From the NCBI GenBank assembly GCA_965224245.1, contig OZ245046.1, positions 5,760,001-5,824,000 on the forward strand: a DNA stretch of 64,000 nucleotides. The letters are read 5' to 3'. Made by a program: the position numbers and the translations under genes. Positions 38,530-50,221 of this stretch are shown here, in pieces. The first letter of the stretch is position 1; every line of letters starts with the position of its first letter. This stretch comes from Candidatus Eiseniibacteriota bacterium (GTDB lineage Bacteria > Eisenbacteria > RBG-16-71-46 > CAZAMP01). Below the pieces are notes generated by a model, which saw only the letters and a list, made by a program, of their open reading frames with translations, had not been told where the DNA came from and did not search any database.

Positions 38530-41439
38530 CTACTTGAGGAGCGTCACGCGCTCCCGGAACTCACCGCTCTCGGTGGAGAGCCGGACGAAGTACACACCGC
38601 TGGAGAGCGCCGTACCGTCTCCCGCCGTGCCTTCCCACGAGAACGCGTAGCGTCCGGCCGCCTGCCGGCCCTGGACGAGCGTGGCCACGAGACGGCCGTT
38701 CGCGGCGAAGACCTCGAGCGACACCTCCGACGGGGTCGACAGGGCGTACTCGATCGACGTGTGCGGGTTGAACGGGTTGGGGCTCACCGCGGTGAGGCCG
38801 GTCGGCGGGCCCAGGATCGTCGTGGCGTCGTCGACACCGACGATCTCGCCATCGAACGTCTCGATCAGCACGTCGTCGATGGCGCTCTCGGTGAGCGAGT
38901 TGTTGGGATCGTCACACACGTGGAAGCGCAGGCGCATGTCGCTGGTGAGCGGCAGGATCTGGCACACGTTGATCCGGGCCTCGGTCCACGCGCCCACCGT
39001 GGAGGTCAGGCGCTCGAGCGGCATCCACGTGGCACCGCCGTCGTTGGAGATGTCGGCCTCGAAGACGTCGTCGTCGGGAACCGAGCCGCGGTTGTACCAC
39101 CAGCGCCAGTACGAGACGCGGGCGTCGGCGGCCCCGGACATGTCGAAGACGGGGGACGTGAGCGTGGTGCACCCGTCGTCCACGTCGTTGTCGCCGGCTC
39201 CGCTTCCGAAGAGGCCGGTCACGAAGCAGTCGGTGCCGAGCGGCGTGTGATCGTCCTCGGGCTGAACCTGATCCCCGCCGGAAGTCGTGCCCTGCGGATC
39301 ACCCCGCTCCCAGACACCGGTGGTGGCGGTGTCGCCGGGATCACCGAGGATCCAGCCGGTGTCCGACTCGACGTCGTCGGTGAACACCGTGACGGCGCTG
39401 GACACCGTGATGCGACGGGTGACCGCGGGGGCGCCCACCGGGTCCGTGGCGACGTTCCCGTTCGCGTCGGACGCGCTGATGTAGAAGTCGATCTCGGTCC
39501 CGAGCGGCTGCCCCGGGATCGCGAACGAGTGAACGTCACCCTCGACCGATGCGCCGGCGGCCAGGAACTCGCCACCGTCGACGCTGTACAGCAGCTCGGT
39601 CTCGACGAACACGAGATCATCGGTGATCGTGGCCGAGACCCAGTACGGGCCCAGCACGCCGTCGGTCGCGCACGGCTGTGCGACGTCGGTGATCGTGGGT
39701 GGCGTCGAGTCGAGCGGATTCGGGTCGAGCGCGAAGTCCTGGACGGTCGCGGCCGATTCGACGACGGCGACGTCGGTGGCCAGCCCGTCCAGGAAGGCGG
39801 GGTGGGTGACGCGGACCGTGTACGTTCCGGCGGTCAGGTAGCTCGCGTAGTGACCGTCGGCGTCGGTGTCGATCGTGCGGGCCGCCTCGACGATCTCGAC
39901 CACCGCGCCGGGTACGGGGGTGCCGGTATCGGCGTGCGTGACCGTTCCCTCTATCGAGCCGATGCCTTCCAGCGCCTGGCTGACCGCCTCGTACGCGTCG
40001 ACGAAGCCGTTCCCGTAGCCGTTGTCCTCTCCGGCGGGCCCGAAGTCGATCGCCGTGTCGTGGATGAGCTGCTTGACCGCGTCGACGGTCAGGTCCGGGT
40101 TGGCCGAGCGAATCAGCGCCGCGAGGCCGGTCACGTGGGGGCCCGACATCGACGTGCCGCTGAGGAACCCGTAGCCGCCCGGGACGCTGGACCAGACGTC
40201 GACGCCGGGCGCGCACACCTCGGGCTTGATCGTCGATCCGTCGCACCCCGACGGTCCACGGCTGGAGAAGCTGGCGATCGGGTACGGGTAGCCGAAGTTG
40301 GTCGCGTCGACGGCGCCGATCGAGAAGCTCGTCAGCGGCGTCGCGATGCGATCGGCGGGGGAGCCGATGGTCTCGGAGCCGGGACCCTCGTTCCCGGCCG
40401 ACCAGATGGAGATGACGCCGGCCGCGCTGGCGTTGTCGATGGCCGCGTTCCATCGACCGTCGCAGTCGCTGTACCCCGAGAAGCTCTCGTTCACCCGCCA
40501 GGAGTTCTGGACGACGTCCGGAACGTCGTCGCTCGTGCCGGGGTCGCCGTCGGGATCGGCGAACCACTGATACGAGTCGATGATGTCGTTGTCGAGCTCG
40601 GACCCGCCGCCCTGGCCGATGGCGTTGGAGGCGATCCACTGGGCACCGTAGGCCACGCCGATCGAGTCCCCCGCGGCGGAGAGGCCGGTGATCGTCCCCA
40701 TCACGTGAGAGCCGTGCGAGCCCGAGTCCCACGGAAAGGTCGTGGAGCCGCTGCCGAGCACGTTGAGCCACGACTCGGCCGCGCTCGCCCCGTTCGCGCC
40801 GCGCCAGCGATCGGCGAGCGCCGGGTGCGTGCCGTCCACACCGGTATCGCAGTTCGCGACGATGACGCCCTCGCCGGTGATGCCGAGCTCGTTCCACACG
40901 CGCGGCACGTTCATCGCGCGGAGGCCCGGCGTGGAGCCGCTACCACCGCGGAGACCGGCGCCGTCCTCGCCCGAGGGCGTGAAGCCGCCGACCGGCTCGA
41001 TCAGGCTGACCGTGAAGTTCGGATCGACGAACGAGACGTCGTCGCGGTCGGCGATCCGGCGAATGGCATCGGTGGTGCCCTTCACGACGATCGCGCTCAC
41101 GATCCAGTAACGGGTGTAGCCTTCGATGGCGCCGGAGATCGCCATCAGGTCCAGCTCGGCCGCGAGGGGCTCCTGCGCGGTCGCCGCGGACTGGAGCGCG
41201 CCGACGACCGTCTGGTGACGTTCGGCCCGTTTCGCGCTCGAAAGGGTCAGGGATCGATCGATCGCCGCGATGTCGGCCTGGTCGGCCATGTAGACGATGA
41301 CGGACGTCATCTCGGTCGCGGACTTCGCCGCCAGAGCGTCCTCCAGCGCGGGATGCAGCTGACCGGCGAACGCCGTGGACGCACTCAGCGCCAGCGTTGC
41401 GGTGATCGTCGAAAGAACCGGGACGCACCTGGGCTTCAC
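38530..41439 (-). CDS. Secreted S8 subtilase (bacillopeptidase F-like) with accessory beta domains and FlgD-Ig/T9SS-like C-terminal domain
   Basis: Triad DTG, HGSHVMG, GTSMSGPHV; AGN oxyanion; signal peptide; SPNPFNP...SGVYF. Confidence 0.92.
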   Translation of the reverse strand: MKPRCVPVLSTITATLALSASTAFAGQLHPALEDALAAKSATEMTSVIVYMADQADIAAIDRSLTLSSAKRAERHQTVVGALQSAATAQEPLAAELDLMAISGAIEGYTRYWIVSAIVVKGTTDAIRRIADRDDVSFVDPNFTVSLIEPVGGFTPSGEDGAGLRGGSGSTPGLRAMNVPRVWNELGITGEGVIVANCDTGVDGTHPALADRWRGANGASAAESWLNVLGSGSTTFPWDSGSHGSHVMGTITGLSAAGDSIGVAYGAQWIASNAIGQGGGSELDNDIIDSYQWFADPDGDPGTSDDVPDVVQNSWRVNESFSGYSDCDGRWNAAIDNASAAGVISIWSAGNEGPGSETIGSPADRIATPLTSFSIGAVDATNFGYPYPIASFSSRGPSGCDGSTIKPEVCAPGVDVWSSVPGGYGFLSGTSMSGPHVTGLAALIRSANPDLTVDAVKQLIHDTAIDFGPAGEDNGYGNGFVDAYEAVSQALEGIGSIEGTVTHADTGTPVPGAVVEIVEAARTIDTDADGHYASYLTAGTYTVRVTHPAFLDGLATDVAVVESAATVQDFALDPNPLDSTPPTITDVAQPCATDGVLGPYWVSATITDDLVFVETELLYSVDGGEFLAAGASVEGDVHSFAIPGQPLGTEIDFYISASDANGNVATDPVGAPAVTRRITVSSAVTVFTDDVESDTGWILGDPGDTATTGVWERGDPQGTTSGGDQVQPEDDHTPLGTDCFVTGLFGSGAGDNDVDDGCTTLTSPVFDMSGAADARVSYWRWWYNRGSVPDDDVFEADISNDGGATWMPLERLTSTVGAWTEARINVCQILPLTSDMRLRFHVCDDPNNSLTESAIDDVLIETFDGEIVGVDDATTILGPPTGLTAVSPNPFNPHTSIEYALSTPSEVSLEVFAANGRLVATLVQGRQAAGRYAFSWEGTAGDGTALSSGVYFVRLSTESGEFRERVTLLK

Positions 41440-41571
41440 GCGGGACCTCCTCGTGGGGAACTCGATCGCGAGACGGGGTATCGGAAGAGTGTAACACGGT
41501 CTCCAGGGGAACGCGCCGGCTTCGGGAAGCACGACCGGCCCTCGTCGTCGATCGGGTGCGGAACCGGGCGC

Positions 41572-41610
41572 GAGAACGGCCGCGCCTCACCGGAACGTGA
41601 GACGCGGCCG
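41572..41610 (-). terminator. Intrinsic terminator after the matrixin gene
   Basis: 14-bp stem CGGCCGCGTCTCAC/GTGAGGCGCGGCCG followed by TTCTC on the minus strand. Confidence 0.6.
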
Positions 41611-41644
41611 CGTCGTCGAAACAACGTGCCTCCGAAGCGCGTCG

Positions 41645-43504
41645 TTACTTCAGAAGCATCATCTTCCGCGACTGGGACACTCCGGCCGCCTTCAACGTGT
41701 AGAAGTACATCCCGGACGGGACGTCCATCCCCGCGTCGTCACGACCGTCCCAGACCACCGAGTGCGCACCCGGCGACTCGACGCCCGCGCGCAGCGAGCG
41801 CACGTGCTGCCCGGCCGCGCTGTACACGTCCAGGAGCACCATGCTCGCACGCTCGAGCTCGAACGAGATCGTGGTGCGCGGATTGAACGGGTTCGGGACG
41901 TTCTGGCCGAGCTGCGCCGGGCCCTGGGGCACCGCCGCCTCGTCCACGCCGACGACCGTGCCGCAGAAGTCGGCCGAGTCGTAGATCGACCGGGCCTGGG
42001 CCACGTTCGTCAGAAGATCGGCCTCGCTCGTTCCACCGGCGAGCACGAAGCTGGCCGTGGTCTCGGCGCCCGCCGACAGCGTGAAGTCGCCGGTGGCGAT
42101 CAGCAGGTTCACGTCGTCGTTGACGACGTCGGTCGACGTGAAGTCCGAGAACAGGTAGTCGGCCTTGTTCAGGTCGGACTGCGGATCGGACGACGTCAGG
42201 CCGCGGAACGTGGCGGTGCCCGCCGCGTTCAGCACGGCGACGCCCGCGCGGCGCGTCGTCGACGGATCGGAGATGATTCCGACCTCGTTGACGGCGTCCC
42301 AGGTCAGGGAGTTCGTCGCGAACACGTCGTTGAAGTCCCAGTCCATCAGCATGCCGACGCGCAGGTTCGAGATCGTCGCGCCCGAGACGTTCTTCAGCGT
42401 GAAGCAGACGATGACGAAGTCGTCGTTCGGCGCCGAGCTGTACGCGCTCATGGTGGACGTGACCTCGATGCCGTAGCCGCCGCTCTCGCCACGGTCATCG
42501 GCGTAGCGGGCCTGCTTGACGTCGTCGGCGGCCAGGCCACCGGCGGTGACCGGCGTGAGCTGGAAGAAGTCGTTGTCCTGACCGAACGCGCCCGCCTGGC
42601 GGTAGTCGCTCGACACGGACGAGGAGCCGTCGGTTCCGAAGATCAGCGCCGCCTCGTAGAGGTTCTGCGTGCCGATCGGATACTGGAACCCGCTGCCGAA
42701 CTGACCCGGCACCGACTCGCCCGAACCCGAGATGCCGATGTTGCCGGCATTCAGGATCGAGCTCTTCACGTTGCCGCCCGTGACGTCGCCATAGTCGAAC
42801 GGCACATAGTTGGAGTCGTAGAGCACGCGCCCGCCGGCCATGTCGTCGGAGTGAAGCGACGACAGCCCCACGTTGCATGCAGAGGCCGACGCGAACATCG
42901 TCGAGCCCGGCACCGAGGAGTGACCGAGACCGATGAAGTGACCGATCTCGTGAACGGCGATGCCGCGGATGTCGAACGTGTTGCCCGCGGGGCACGCGTC
43001 GGACATGCAGCCCGAGCCGACGTCCGCCAGCGTCCCGAAGCGCCACGACTTCGAGAACGTGATGTCGGATTCCATCTTGCCGCGCAGCTGGCGCGGCGTC
43101 CCGCCGTCGAAGGCCCAGGTCGGGTCGCCGCCGCCACCCCAGTCGATGGAGCTGGTGACCGCGATGCAGCTGCCCGTGCACTGGTTGAGGCAGTCCTCCA
43201 TCGAGATCGTGTTCTGGCCGTCGACCACGAGACCGCAGGCCGCCCCGTTGCCCGGAACGTCCTGGAACGACATCGTGGTGCCGGTGACCGCTTCCCAGGT
43301 CAAGAAGGCCTGGCGGACCTCCTCGTCCTCGTCGTCACCGGTGATGCAGGCCTCGTCGAGCGTGGTGTTGAAGACGTAGGGCACCGGGAAGATCGGGTTC
43401 TGCCACTTGTCGCCGATGAACGAGTAGGCCCCCGCCTTCTGGAGGCCGAACCCGACGAGCGTGACGGCCGCCACCGCGGTCACCGGAAGGAGTACGCGCT
43501 TCAC
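41645..43504 (-). CDS. Secreted matrixin (M10-like) metalloprotease with FlgD-Ig/T9SS-like C-terminal domain
   Basis: HEIGHFIGLGHS, Met-turn STMF, LHSDD; QNVPNPFNP...KMMLLK. Confidence 0.88.
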   Translation of the reverse strand: MKRVLLPVTAVAAVTLVGFGLQKAGAYSFIGDKWQNPIFPVPYVFNTTLDEACITGDDEDEEVRQAFLTWEAVTGTTMSFQDVPGNGAACGLVVDGQNTISMEDCLNQCTGSCIAVTSSIDWGGGGDPTWAFDGGTPRQLRGKMESDITFSKSWRFGTLADVGSGCMSDACPAGNTFDIRGIAVHEIGHFIGLGHSSVPGSTMFASASACNVGLSSLHSDDMAGGRVLYDSNYVPFDYGDVTGGNVKSSILNAGNIGISGSGESVPGQFGSGFQYPIGTQNLYEAALIFGTDGSSSVSSDYRQAGAFGQDNDFFQLTPVTAGGLAADDVKQARYADDRGESGGYGIEVTSTMSAYSSAPNDDFVIVCFTLKNVSGATISNLRVGMLMDWDFNDVFATNSLTWDAVNEVGIISDPSTTRRAGVAVLNAAGTATFRGLTSSDPQSDLNKADYLFSDFTSTDVVNDDVNLLIATGDFTLSAGAETTASFVLAGGTSEADLLTNVAQARSIYDSADFCGTVVGVDEAAVPQGPAQLGQNVPNPFNPRTTISFELERASMVLLDVYSAAGQHVRSLRAGVESPGAHSVVWDGRDDAGMDVPSGMYFYTLKAAGVSQSRKMMLLK

Positions 43505-44100
43505 TGGTCACCTCCCGGGAGCGTCAGGCGATCGGCCCAGGCTTCGATCGTGGAGACGAAGCGCTCGTAGCTGCGGACGCCGGTGGACGGATTGATCGTG
43601 GAGTCGAGCTCGCCCTGCTGGCTCCGGTTGAACGCCTGCTCGACGTCGAGCGGACGGGTGACACGTAGAGCCCCGTCATCACCGGTCTCGACTGTGAACT
43701 TGCCCTGCGCGAACCCGTGGCAGCGATAGTTGTCGTTGACGATGTCCAGGAAGACGACGACGTCCTCGCCGACCTCGAACTCGGGCACCGACGGCACCGT
43801 GACGGTGACGCCGTTCGCCACGCCACCCAGCTCCTCGACCACGATCGTCGACGCGACGCCGTGGCCCTTGAAGACCTCGCCGACCTCGATCGTCACGTAC
43901 GTGTAAACGAACTGGTGCTCGTCGTGCCACTTCGCCTCGACCGCGGTCACGCGACCCTCCACGACCGCTTCCGAGAGGACGGTGAGCTCTTCGGTGCTCC
44001 GTCGGACCACCGTCGTGGCCAGGGTGGACTCGACGAGCGAGATCAACCCGAGGACCGTCGCGATGACCGCGGAGACGCATGTCAGTCTGCGTCCAACCAT
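43501..44100 (-). CDS. Secreted hypothetical protein, possible NTR/TIMP-like OB fold, coupled to the matrixin
   Basis: AGGAGG RBS; signal peptide; SEAVVEGRV, YTYVTIEVGEVFKG, FEVGEDVVVFL; GTGA overlap with the matrixin gene. Confidence 0.7.
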   Translation of the reverse strand: MVGRRLTCVSAVIATVLGLISLVESTLATTVVRRSTEELTVLSEAVVEGRVTAVEAKWHDEHQFVYTYVTIEVGEVFKGHGVASTIVVEELGGVANGVTVTVPSVPEFEVGEDVVVFLDIVNDNYRCHGFAQGKFTVETGDDGALRVTRPLDVEQAFNRSQQGELDSTINPSTGVRSYERFVSTIEAWADRLTLPGGDQ

Positions 44101-44484
44101 TGTGCCTCCTGATGGATTGTTCGAGATGCCGTGGCGGCAGCCCCCGAACGCGGACGTACGCCCACGCTCAGGCACACCGGTAGCCGCTCTCGACTACGGG
44201 CCACCATCCATGGCGCGAGACCTTTGGGGGATCGACCGCCATCAGTCTACGCGACATCGGCACATTCGACCAGCTCGACTCGTCCGGGGTCCGATCGAAC
44301 GTCCGGATTCGGACGCCGTGTCCCCGGGCCGACGGGGTGGCCGTGATCGACCGATCGATCGACGACGACGCGAGAGTGACTCGAACGCTCATTCCGGTCC
44401 GACGAGATCGCGACGGCCCGACCCGTCGAGACGAGGCGGCCCGGTGCGCCGACGCGCCGGTCACCCGCGCAACACACGGTGGAT

Positions 44485-44628
44485 GAGGGAGCTAGCCGTC
44501 GAGGTGATTCAGCGGCCCCGGACGTGAGGCCTGGCCCCATTGTTGCGACCGATGAGCACCGGTCACGTGGGCGGCGATGGACTTTCGCCGGAGGCGGGAA
44601 TGGAGGCGTGCCGAACGGTAGGTCTCTC
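44485..44628. ncRNA. Candidate structured ncRNA (rod-like fold-back, 6S-like geometry)
   Basis: Ends pair (GAGGGAGCTAGCCGT / ACGGTAGGTCTCTC), with nested stems GCCCCGG/CCGGAGGC, CCCAT/GTGGG and GACCG/CGGTC. Lies in a 550-nt intergenic gap. Confidence 0.3.
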
Positions 44629-44652
44629 CGGGGCGTTCTCGCTTCCGGCGAC

Positions 44653-45111
44653 TCACTCCTCCAGGACGTCGCGCAGGTCGACGAGCTGGATCCCGAGCGC
44701 GTCGGCGAGCTCCAGCGCCCGCTCGTCGCGATAGAACTCGCCGTAGAAGATGCGCGTGATGCCGGAGTTCGCGATGAGCTTGAAGCAGCTCCAGCACGGA
44801 CTGGCCGTCGTGTAGATGTCGGCGCCCTGGATGGCCACCCCGTTCGTCGCGGCCTGACAGATTGCGTTCGCCTCGGCGTGCACGGTCCGGACGCAGTGGC
44901 CGGACTCCATCATGTGGCCGGCCTCGTCACAGTGGGGGAGTCCTCTGATCGATCCGTTGTAGCCGGTCGACAGGATCGTGCGATCGCGCACGATCACGGC
45001 GCCCACGTGCTTGCGATCGCACGTGGCGCGTGTGGCGACCTGGTGGGCGATGTTCATGAAGTACTCGTGCCACGACACGCGCGTCGCGGCGGGTGACTTG
45101 GGGTTCCCCAT
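44653..45111 (-). CDS. dCMP deaminase / ComEB-family zinc deaminase
   Basis: WHEYFM, RATC..VGA, TGYNG, HAEANA, SPCWSC. Confidence 0.92.
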   Translation of the reverse strand: MGNPKSPAATRVSWHEYFMNIAHQVATRATCDRKHVGAVIVRDRTILSTGYNGSIRGLPHCDEAGHMMESGHCVRTVHAEANAICQAATNGVAIQGADIYTTASPCWSCFKLIANSGITRIFYGEFYRDERALELADALGIQLVDLRDVLEE

Positions 45112-45234
45112 GCGTGTGGTCTCCAGGAGCGGCTCCGGCGCGACCGACGTGGTGCGCGCCGGATGAATGGTAGCGCGACGCGGCGCCGTCGCCAATCGCA
45201 CTCCGAGCGAGTAGACTGACTGCGGAGGACTCCC

Positions 45235-46299
45235 ATGAGCGTCGAGCCCGGATCGCAGGCGGTGAGTGAGCGCGCGTTCATCCGCGAGATGGCGCGCCGG
45301 ATCGAGTCGGCGTCGCGCGGAAGCCCCGTCCGACACGCCGTCGACCCCGTCCGCATCGGTGTCGGCGATGACGCGGCCGTGCTGCGAGTAGTCGACACCG
45401 ATCTCGTGGTCTCGGTCGACGCCAGCATCGAGGGCGTTCACTTTCGACGGAGCTGGTTCTCCTGGGACGACGTCGGCTACCGGGCGATGGCGTCGGCGCT
45501 CAGCGACCTGGCGGCCATGGGCGCCGAGCCCGCGTGGGCGCTGACGGTGGTCGGACTGCCCGACGGCTTCTCCGAGTCCGACGCACGGGCGCTGGCCGCC
45601 GGCATCGTCGGTGCCGCGAGCGAGTTCGGCGCGCATCTCGTGGGCGGCGACACGACGCGCTCACCGGTCGTGACGCTGGCAGTGACCGTGGCGGGGACTC
45701 CGTTCGGCGAGGTCGCCACGCGCGCCGGTGCGAGGCCCGGAGATCGGCTCGTGGTGTCGCGGTCGCTCGGCGCGTCGGCGGCGGCGGTGGCCTGGCTCTC
45801 GCGACCCGACGCGGATCGTCCCCGGAGTGTCGAGCGCGAGGCCGCATCCGTCCTCGGTGCGTACGCGCGCTTCCAGCCGGAGTTCGACTGGGCTCGGCGC
45901 GCGGTGTCGAGCGGCGTCTCGGCCATGATCGACGTCTCGGACGGCGTGCTCATCGACGCGGGACACCTGGCCGAGTGCTCCGATCTGATCGTCGTCGTCG
46001 ACGCGGCACGGGTACCGGTCCACCCCGACGCGGAGCGCGTGCTCGACGCGCTCGGGCTCGAGCCCGGTCGGGAGGCGCTGCGATCCGGCGAGGAGTACGC
46101 ACTCCTCGCCGCGGTTCCGGGCGACGCCGGGCCGCACTCGCACCCGCCGCCGGGCCTCGTGCTCGGCGAGTTCGTCGCGGCGCCGTGGCACGGCTTCGAC
46201 GCCGCGCAGGGCCGCGTGCTCATCCGATCCACGGACGGGGCGATCGAGCGGCCTCACGACGTCGGGTGGTCGCATTTCGGGGACTCCACGACCGGGTGA
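45235..46299 (+). CDS. thiL: Thiamine-monophosphate kinase
   Basis: GVGDDAAV, EGVHF, SDLAAMGA, GGDT, IDVSDG, GEEY. Confidence 0.92.
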   Translation: MSVEPGSQAVSERAFIREMARRIESASRGSPVRHAVDPVRIGVGDDAAVLRVVDTDLVVSVDASIEGVHFRRSWFSWDDVGYRAMASALSDLAAMGAEPAWALTVVGLPDGFSESDARALAAGIVGAASEFGAHLVGGDTTRSPVVTLAVTVAGTPFGEVATRAGARPGDRLVVSRSLGASAAAVAWLSRPDADRPRSVEREAASVLGAYARFQPEFDWARRAVSSGVSAMIDVSDGVLIDAGHLAECSDLIVVVDAARVPVHPDAERVLDALGLEPGREALRSGEEYALLAAVPGDAGPHSHPPPGLVLGEFVAAPWHGFDAAQGRVLIRSTDGAIERPHDVGWSHFGDSTTG

Positions 46300-46335
46300 C
46301 CGCGGCTGGGTCCTGGACGGAGGCCTAGACGCAGC

Positions 46336-47154
46336 CTAGCGGGAGGTTCCCGAGAGCCCGCTACGCTGGAGCACGTCGCGCAGCCACGGGGCGGAGGGCT
46401 TGTCGGACTTCGTCGTCCCCAGCACCTCGCTGAGGTAGCTGCGAAGCTCGGCGGCGTTCTTCATGCGCGTCATCTCGCCCTCGGATGTCACCGAGATGCG
46501 GCCGCTCTCCTCGGACACGACGACGATCACGGCATCGGACTCCTCGCTGAGGCCCAGCGCCGCACGGTGCCGGGTTCCGAGGGCCCGTCCGGGGTAGCGC
46601 GCGTTGGAGAGGGGCAGGATGCAGCGCGCGGCCGAGATCTGGTTGCCCACGATGATCACCGCGCCGTCGTGCAGCGGACTCTGTGTGTTGAAGATCGACA
46701 GGAGGAGCTCCTGCGTGACGTCCGAGTGGAGCGCGACCCCGGTCTCCAGATAGTTCCGGAGGCCCACGCCGCGCTCGATGACGATGATGCCGCCGACGCG
46801 GCGCTTGCTCATGGCCTCGGCCGCGCTGACGAGGTGTCCGACGACCCCGAACGACTCGGTCCGGACGAATCGCCGGAAGACACGCGACTGACCGATCTGC
46901 GCGAGCGCCCGCCGGAGCTCCGGCTGGAAGATGATGATGAAGCCGATGATCCAGACCGTCTTCAGGCTCGACAGGAGCCAGTTGAGCGTGTCCAGCCGGG
47001 CCCAGTCGGCGAGCACGCTGACCACCGCCAGCGCCGCGAGCCCCACGATCATCTGTGCCGCGCGCGTCCCCTGCACGAGGAGCAGCACGCGATAGAACAG
47101 GAACGCCACCAGGAAGATGTCGACGACTCGGAGCGCCCACTCCCGCCAGGTCAC
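46336..47154 (-). CDS. cdaA: Diadenylate cyclase CdaA/DacA
   Basis: Three N-terminal TMs, IIFQPELRR, PLHDGA, GTRHRAA, VSEE. Confidence 0.93.
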   Translation of the reverse strand: MTWREWALRVVDIFLVAFLFYRVLLLVQGTRAAQMIVGLAALAVVSVLADWARLDTLNWLLSSLKTVWIIGFIIIFQPELRRALAQIGQSRVFRRFVRTESFGVVGHLVSAAEAMSKRRVGGIIVIERGVGLRNYLETGVALHSDVTQELLLSIFNTQSPLHDGAVIIVGNQISAARCILPLSNARYPGRALGTRHRAALGLSEESDAVIVVVSEESGRISVTSEGEMTRMKNAAELRSYLSEVLGTTKSDKPSAPWLRDVLQRSGLSGTSR

Positions 47155-48071
47155 GAGCTCACCCCCGCGTTCGGGGCCACGCCGATGCCCGGGGCGGCCG
47201 GACGTGCGCCGGCGGATCGATCCGTGTCCCGATGCCGGCCCAGCGCGTCCGCGACCCGGATCGCACGGACCGTTTCCGCCACGTCGTGGACGCGAAGCAC
47301 GTCGACGCCGAGGAACGCGGCGACGGAGGCCGCGGCCAGGCTCGCCTCGAGCCGCTCGTCCACTCCCGCGCCCCCGAGGAGCGGGTCGAACATCGACTTC
47401 CGGGAGGCACCGATCAGAAGCGGTCGCTCGAGCGCGGCGAACGCGTCGGCGTTGGCGATCAGGCGGAGGTTGTGGGCGAGGGTCTTTCCGAAGCCGATGC
47501 CGGGGTCGAGCACGATGCGTTCCCGGTCGATCCCGGCGGCGTCGGTTTGCGCCAGGACGCTCCGGAAGAACGCGGCCACGGCCTCGACCACGTCGGCGTA
47601 CGCGGGGTCGTCCTGCATCGTGGCCGGCGTACCGCGCATGTGCATCACCACGAGCCCGCCGGGCGTGCCGGCCACCGTGTCCAGCATGGCCGGGTCACCC
47701 CGCAACGCGCTAACGTCGTTGACGATCGATGCCCCGCGCTCGAGGGCGGCCGCCGCCACCACGGCCTTCTGGGTGTCGACGCTGATCGGCACGTCGGTGG
47801 TCGCGGCCAGCGCCTCGATCACGGGCAGGACCCGATCGAGCTCCTCACGAGCGGGGACCGGGCGAGCGCCCGGGCGGGTGCTCTCCCCGCCCACGTCGAG
47901 GATGTCGGCGCCGGCCCGGACGAGGCGGTGTCCGGCGGCCACCGCGTCCTCGAGCGACACGAAACGACCCCCGTCCGAGAAGGAGTCGGGGGTCACGTTC
48001 AGGATGCCCATGACCAGGGTCCGGTTGCCGAGGATCAGGTCGCGATCCGTGAGCTTCCATGTCCTGCTCAT
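47151..48071 (-). CDS. folP: Dihydropteroate synthase
   Basis: MGILNVTPDSFSDGG, GGESTRPG, DPGIGFGK, SRKS, RVHDV. Confidence 0.96.
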   Translation of the reverse strand: MSRTWKLTDRDLILGNRTLVMGILNVTPDSFSDGGRFVSLEDAVAAGHRLVRAGADILDVGGESTRPGARPVPAREELDRVLPVIEALAATTDVPISVDTQKAVVAAAALERGASIVNDVSALRGDPAMLDTVAGTPGGLVVMHMRGTPATMQDDPAYADVVEAVAAFFRSVLAQTDAAGIDRERIVLDPGIGFGKTLAHNLRLIANADAFAALERPLLIGASRKSMFDPLLGGAGVDERLEASLAAASVAAFLGVDVLRVHDVAETVRAIRVADALGRHRDTDRSAGARPAAPGIGVAPNAGVSS

Positions 48072-48130
48072 GCCCGGGAGCCTCGTGTCGTATCAGCGCC
48101 GCCGCCCGGGGCGCGCCCGGGCGACGTCGG

Positions 48131-50212
<2,082 letters not shown>

Positions 50213-50221
50213 TCTCGTCCC

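Noticed and set aside
38500-41886. 1128-aa plus-strand ORF
   Set aside because: Antisense shadow of the S8 peptidase; Arg/Gly/Val-rich with no recognisable domain.
44570-44595. GAAAGTCC on the minus strand suggesting RNase P RNA
   Set aside because: Lacks the preceding GAG and the 3' AGAA..CGGCTTA element; it sits in a small local hairpin.
44101-44650. Short ORFs in the intergenic gap (for example 43982..44527, 44168..44464, 44247..44540)
   Set aside because: Low-complexity Arg/Pro/Ser translations with no convincing RBS or motifs.
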